A DNA stretch of 63,789 bases, filler included. It is 9 parts of 9 records of this genome, joined end to end, with 100 filler letters (N's around TTAATTAATTAA, not from the genome) between each part and the next. Parts side by side here need not be neighbours in the genome. Positions count along the whole stretch, not along the records: positions 53,584 to 59,725 come from SRR7504441_1132; positions 59,826 to 63,789 come from SRR7504441_1133; 7 more parts are not named here. The stretch is one strand, 5' to 3'. Position numbers and translations under genes: made by a program. The notes beneath the pieces were generated by a model. That model saw nothing but the letters and a program-made list of their open reading frames with translations, did no database searches and had not been told where the DNA came from. Positions 58,531 to 63,789 of this stretch are shown one piece after another. Within the stretch, counting starts at the first letter, position 1. Every line of letters starts with the position of its first letter.

Positions 58531-59607
58531 TCAACTAGATCCGCAGGTCCCGTTCTCGCCCCAGGCTGCCGTCTTGCGGCTGCCGATCTTGAGCTTGATT
58601 GCCCGCTGGGCTATTGCAGCGCCAACAAAGTGCCGTGTACTCGCCGTGTCCAGCTTCTCCCGACCGTGCAACACCCGCCAGTTATCTATCACCACCTACA
58701 GCATAGCTAAGTAACACGAAAAGCCCAGACATCCTACGCACCAGCATCCCGGGCTGCAACTGGACCTTCACCCGAGCCGCCTCCAGAGCCTCATGGAACT
58801 CAGCAAGTGGCTCCCGGAGCAGTGGACTTACCTGCAGCCCCCAGCTCAGCAGGCCGGCTCTCAGCGCGGCACCAGCGACTGGTTGCGGTCATGCATGTTC
58901 CAGATCAGCCGCGGCAGCCCTTGCTCGGAGGCCTCAAGCACCGAGTGAGTGGCCGCTGGTGTCTCGATCTCATCATCGTCCGCAAACCCGCCAGACGTCC
59001 TAACCGGCAGCTGGCGCAGCAGCCGGCGACTGCGCTCGCCCAGAGCTCGGACTGCTACAAACCCGTCCGCGAATAAATTCTGGGGCACCGCGCCAGACAC
59101 CGCTGCCGCCCCCCTCGGCCACAGCCGGCGCAGCGGCACCCACCTTCCGCCCCGAGCACCACTAGCCGCGGCGGCTCCGGAAGGTACGCGCCGTCCGTGT
59201 GCAGCGGCAGGTCCTCGTACGAGTAGTTGGGCGACCCGGCGTCCACCCGGTTCTGCCAGCCGCAGATGTAGCAGTCCTGCCCGGCCCGAGTCCCCGCCGC
59301 GGCACGTGCCGGCGACCTTTTCGAGCCTTGGGAAGACCCAGAACGGGCGGGGCTCGACTGCGGCGGTCGGGGGGAGCACAGTCAGATCCAAAATCTCCCG
59401 GAGTCTGTGGACGTCCAGCCGGTCGCTGGTCTCGATCAGCGCGATGCCGTCGTCCAGCACCGCATTGAGCACCGCCCCGGGTTCCAACCTGTCGGCCGAG
59501 AACCGGGCCGGCTTGAACCCGACCGGCCAGCCCGTCGGGGCCGGGTCCCAGCCCGCGGCCGCTCCCAGCGCCAGCAGCACCGACCAGATCGGTCGGCAGT
59601 GCCGCAT
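58531..59607 (-). CDS. TauD/gamma-butyrobetaine-hydroxylase-like Fe(II)/2OG dioxygenase with signal peptide, multi-exon
   Basis: YSYEDLPLHTDGAY, NLFADGF, VQLQPG and DNWRVLHGR; N-terminus MRHCRPIWSVLLALGAAAG. Confidence 0.85.
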
Positions 59608-59878
59608 CCCGTGCGGTTGTTGTTGTTGCGTTTATTAGTTTTATTACGAGTCGTACAGGTAGTCCTCAGGAACGTCCACTGTCAACTCATCAGCTGCCGG
59701 TGGCTTATAGTATGTGCCTTCCACCNNNNNNNNNNNNNNNNNNNNNNNNNNNNNNNNNNNNNNNNNNNNTTAATTAATTAANNNNNNNNNNNNNNNNNNN
59801 NNNNNNNNNNNNNNNNNNNNNNNNNGCACCTCTTAATTCAATCCCAACACCCCCCCCCACGTAATCGAAATAAATATT

Positions 59879-59886
59879 TATATAAG
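59879..59886 (+). promoter_or_regulatory. Possible TATA box
   Basis: TATATAAG about 28 nt upstream of the ATG at 59914. Confidence 0.3.
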
Positions 59887-59913
59887 AGGACGTCGACACG
59901 TTACCGGTAGGTG

Positions 59914-60796
59914 ATGCGGGCGCTGCTGCACCGGATCGGGGGGCTGTGCGGGGGCTGCGCGGGGGGCGGGCCGGAGGAGGGCACCGAAACAGTATACGAG
60001 CTAGGGCTCAGCCCGCCCCCGCCCGACCTCGCAGGGCTGAGCATCCGGGCGAGCGCCCCGCTGACCGAGTGCGCGCAGGGCCTGCCTCGGGCGCTCACGG
60101 GCGGGCAGGCTGCGCCGGGTGGTGGCGATCAAGTACGGCCTGCACCCGAGCCTGGCCCGGGAGGTGGGCAGCCTCGAGCTCTGGCACGAGGGCCGGCCGC
60201 TTTCCCGGCCGGAGCCCGGTGGCGAGCGCCGTCTGGATGAGCTCGGGCTGAGGCAGGGGTCGACGATAGAGGTCCGGGGGGTGGAGCAGGCCCGGACTGG
60301 CCAGCGGGAGGTGGCACAGACGGTGGATTTGCACGAGGCGTGCACCCATGGTCAGACCGCCCACATAGAGACGGTGGCCGCGGCGGCGCCCGAGCGGCTG
60401 GAGGAGCCCGACCCGAGCGGGCGGAGGCCGGTGCTGCTGGCGGCGCTGTGGAGCTCCAAGGACGGCGGGGCTGGGCTGAGGGCGCTGCTGAGGGCTAAAG
60501 TGGATTGTAATGCGGCCGACAACAGGGGCCGGACCCCGCTGCTTGCCACAGCGGGCGAGGGGCAGTGCGAGACGGTGGCCGCGCTGCTTCGGGCCAAGGC
60601 CGAGGTGAACAAGCCCAGCTCGAGCACCGGCCGGGCGCCGCTGCATCTGGCGGCGGCTGGGGGGCACGGGGGCACCGTGAAGGCGTTGTTGCAGGCGAAG
60701 GCCGATCCAAATTTGCAGGACAACGGCGGCCGGACCGCTTACGATACGGCATATAGCCCTATCGCGTTCCGCACCATTGCCGCCGCTTACTCCTAG
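59914..60796 (+). CDS. Ubiquitin-like domain plus ankyrin-repeat protein
   Basis: Intron 60069-60108; UBL-like RRLDELGLRQGSTIEV; ankyrin repeats GRTPLLATAGEG, GRAPLHLAAAGGH and GRTAYD. Confidence 0.88.
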
Positions 60797-61139
60797 TGTA
60801 AAGTAAGCGACTGTGTAAAGACTGTGTAAAGATAATCAAGACTGTGTTTTATATCAAAGCAACGCACGATCGCAACCACGACTTCACAAGCATTAGTGCG
60901 GAGACTTGCCCAAGTTTCACGCGTAAGTCGGCGGAACTGTTGGCACCGGCAGCCCCACATCTGTCCAACCGGCGGTTCCGATCACGCCGATCACTCCGAT
61001 GAGCGCCGAATCGATATCCAAGATCAGGGTTTTTTTTTTGCACATTCTTTTCGGCATTTCGATCTTTGTCCGGAGCACGCGGAGCCCGGGCAGCCCCAAG
61101 TCCACGATTGTATCGCCAGCTGCCGGCAGCGCCTCCTCC

Positions 61140-63623
61140 ATGAGCTGGAGCGACTCCAACCTGTTCGACCGCTGGTTCGGCGACGACTCTGCACCCGCCG
61201 CGCCACCGCCAGCCGGCAACAATCCGCCGCCGGCCGAGGAGCCGCCGCCGCCCGCCACCGAGCCGGCGACCCCGCCGGCCGAGGAGCCGGTGGCCACATC
61301 CCCGGCCGCGGAGGAGTCGCCCGAGGCGGTCGAACCGGCCGAGGAGCGGGTGGCTCCGTCCTCCCCGCCGGAGGTGATCCAGGAGGCAATAGAGCTCGCC
61401 AGTGCGGTGGCCAACCAGTACGGCGCTTCGTCCAAATCGGCCCGGAATCTGGCCTCGCCGGAGTACGCCAAGGAGAAGATCCGGGAGCGCAAGCGCAAGG
61501 AGAAGCTGAGGCAGGCCAAGAGCGAGGAGGCCAAGTCGGACATCAGGCACACGCTGCTCTCGGCGATCGAGGTGGCCAAGGAAGTGGCCTTGCCGCCGTC
61601 CCCCACCCAGAAGAAGCGGACCAAGCAAGTGGCCAAGCGGGTGGCCGTGCAGGCCTGGAACGCTGGGCACGAGCGCGGCAAGGAGCTCGGGAACACCCAG
61701 CAGAGCTATGATAATACGAATAGCACGCAGCAGGGCTCGACAAACCAACTCAACGCCAAGTGCTCAGAGTACGAGGCAGAGGTCGAGCGGCTGCAGGCCG
61801 AGCTGGCCCGGCTGCAGGCCGCCAGCTCACCGCCCCAGCAGCCCAGCCCGCCCTCTCAGCAGCCCAGCCCGCCGCCCCAGCAGAATGCTTTGGCCAATAC
61901 GCCGAGTCCGAGGTCAGTCCAGCAGCAGCTGAGCCAGCAGCTGAGTCCTATCGAGGTGCCAGCAGCGGCCAGCCCGCCCAGGCCAGTCCCCAGCCCGTCC
62001 CGGCAGCCGGCGCAGCGCGAGAAGCCGGCAGCTAAGAAGCAGTTCTCTGAGCTGGTCTGTTTCCTGGAGCAGAGCGGGGTGGTCGGGCCACCTGGCCAGC
62101 AGCGGCCAGCCCCAGCCACCCCGGAGACCCCCAAGCTCCCGGGCCAGTCGGCCGGCACCCCGGGCTCCAAGGAGTGGCGGCCGCGGGTGCTGGGCAGTCC
62201 GAGCCCGAAGCCTAAAGTGGACCAGGCGGCGCTTGAGAGCAAGGACACTGAGCTGTGTGCGCTGCAAGAGGAGCTGCTGTACGCCCCCAGGAGTGAGCGG
62301 CGGGCCATCCGGGAGAAGATCCAGACCCTGGAGAAGGAGGTGACTGAGCTGATCGGAGCCAAGCCGATGACCAGCAGTTGCCTGACTAACGAGCCGGAGG
62401 TAATGCCACCCAACGCTGTGGTGTCGCCGGCCCGGGCCGCCAAGCCGGAGGCGGCCGGTTCTAATGGGGCCTCCCCGGCCCAGCCCAGCCCGGAGGCTAG
62501 ACTAAAGGAGCAGAAGCTGCTGGCGCAGAGCATTCGGAGCACGGAGCGTTTGATACACCGATGGTGAGTGTTTGATACCTTGCGAGCTGAGCGGCTGGCA
62601 GGGCGATGGATCAGGAGGCCGAGGTTGAAGTCGAGCCGGAAAAGAAAAAGCCGGGCAAAGGGGGCAAGGGCGGCAAGGGGGGCAAGGGGGTGCCCGGCAA
62701 GGGGCTGGGCAAGGGGCCGGCGCGCAGCTCGAGCTTTGTGCAGCGGAACTCAAGCATTAAAGCTATGTACGATAACGTGTTCAAGGAGATCAACAACTCG
62801 TCCAAGCCAGCCAAGGGCCAGAAGGCGCCCGCCGAAGCCAAGAAGCCCAAGCCGACCGGCGACCTGCTGAACGAGCTCAAGGGCCAGTCGGCCTTCTTTA
62901 GGGCGGTCCAGAAGCAAGCCGACGACCTCGGGCCGCGGATCGCTCTGCTCTGCCCAATTGTGCAGAAATTCAGCACCTCGAGTGCCGAGGAGCTGGTCGA
63001 GTTTGTGTCGCAGCTGGAGAAGTCGCTCGGAGTGCTCGAGGACGAGGTGCAGGTGCTCAAGATTGCCTGCCCGGAGTGGCCGTCAGCCAAGGTGAGCACG
63101 CTGCGCGAGCTGGCCTCGCGGTACACCAACCTCGACTGGATCAAGGAATGCCTCGACCGGGTACCCGTGCGTGATCTGCCGGCCTCATTGCTGGTGCAGG
63201 AGAGCCCCGCTGACCCGTTTGCGGCCGCAAGTGAGCTCGAGGAGACATTTGAGACGGCGAGCAAAGAGCTGGACGTGTACTTTCGGAAGAAGGAGGAGGA
63301 CCAACCCCGATTCCGGGCAGTCGGGCTAGACTTCAGCTGGCAGAGCTTGACCGAGCTGCGAGAGAAGACCGTCAGCCTATCCACGCGCTACTGCGAGATT
63401 GCGTTGGGACAGTGGCGCGAGCGCGGCAGGGCAAAGGACGGCAAGGTGCAGCGGACGCTCGGCCTGATGAAAGACGCGCTGGGGTGTGAGACGGCTCGGG
63501 CTGGCGACTTAGAAGGCTGGCAGGTTTGGGTTCAGAGTGCACAACTATGCGGGTGGGTTTAGTGAAGAAGCCGCTGAGGTTTACGAGCAAGTGCACAAGG
63601 CTTACCAGCAGCTCAACAAGTGA
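61140..63623 (+). CDS. Pro-rich and coiled-coil protein with C-terminal CHUP1/IPGA1-like domain
   Basis: Introns 62564-62601 and 63484-63523. The C-domain reads VQRNSSIKAMY, ELKGQSAFFRAVQKQ, ELVEFVSQLEKSLGVLEDEVQVLK, EWPSAKVSTLRE and FGFRVHNYAGGFSEE. An alternative ATG lies at 60999. Confidence 0.85.
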
Positions 63624-63789
63624 CCCGAGTGACCGGGAACAGACGGGACTTGGCGAGTTTCAAGGCTCACATACACTTGACTCCCAAGCTGTAAAAGCGT
63701 GCACGAGCTTGCATGAGCTCGAACCATGCGAGCTCTAGATCTACATTAAATTCAAATAACTCGTACATGTATAGGCACAATAGCCCTTT

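Noticed and set aside
9162-59825. Eight regularly recurring TTAATTAATTAA elements as a biological repeat or CRISPR-like array
   Set aside because: Each is flanked by exactly 44 Ns on both sides, which marks an artificial six-frame-stop linker.
60808-60848. Short tandem duplications (gactgtgtaaa here; 28404-28432; 49855-49877; 35098-35117)
   Set aside because: They have only two or three copies with no spacers or associated genes, and some sit at contig ends, consistent with slippage or assembly effects.

Overview
This is GC-rich, gene-dense nuclear DNA from a unicellular eukaryote. It consists of 9 contigs joined by artificial 100-nt N-TTAATTAATTAA-N linkers, so adjacency across linkers carries no meaning. 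TMEM231 implies a flagellum and PET117 implies aerobic mitochondria; the lineage cannot be assigned from this window. About 35 genes or gene fragments were found. They include ATR, NUP210/GP210, TMEM231, cyclin C, a PA-RING ligase, a PPEF-like pseudophosphatase, a Rab-like GTPase, NC2alpha, an EXD1-like exonuclease and two DHHC-type proteins. Others are a TPR-double-PRMT, an endonuclease I-EEP fusion, a CE6 esterase, an LPMO, a Calx-beta-ABC protein, PET117, a DCAF7-like protein, eIF3e, EF-hand proteins, a TauD dioxygenase and a CHUP1-C-like protein. Genes are split by miniature (about 36-56 nt) introns, many with GC donors, and are mostly arranged head-to-head across very short intervals. The main highlights are an apparent homologue of the reputedly plant-specific actin nucleator CHUP1, the GC-AG micro-intron system, and several unusual domain architectures. 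All gene models and family calls were made by eye, with no database searches.
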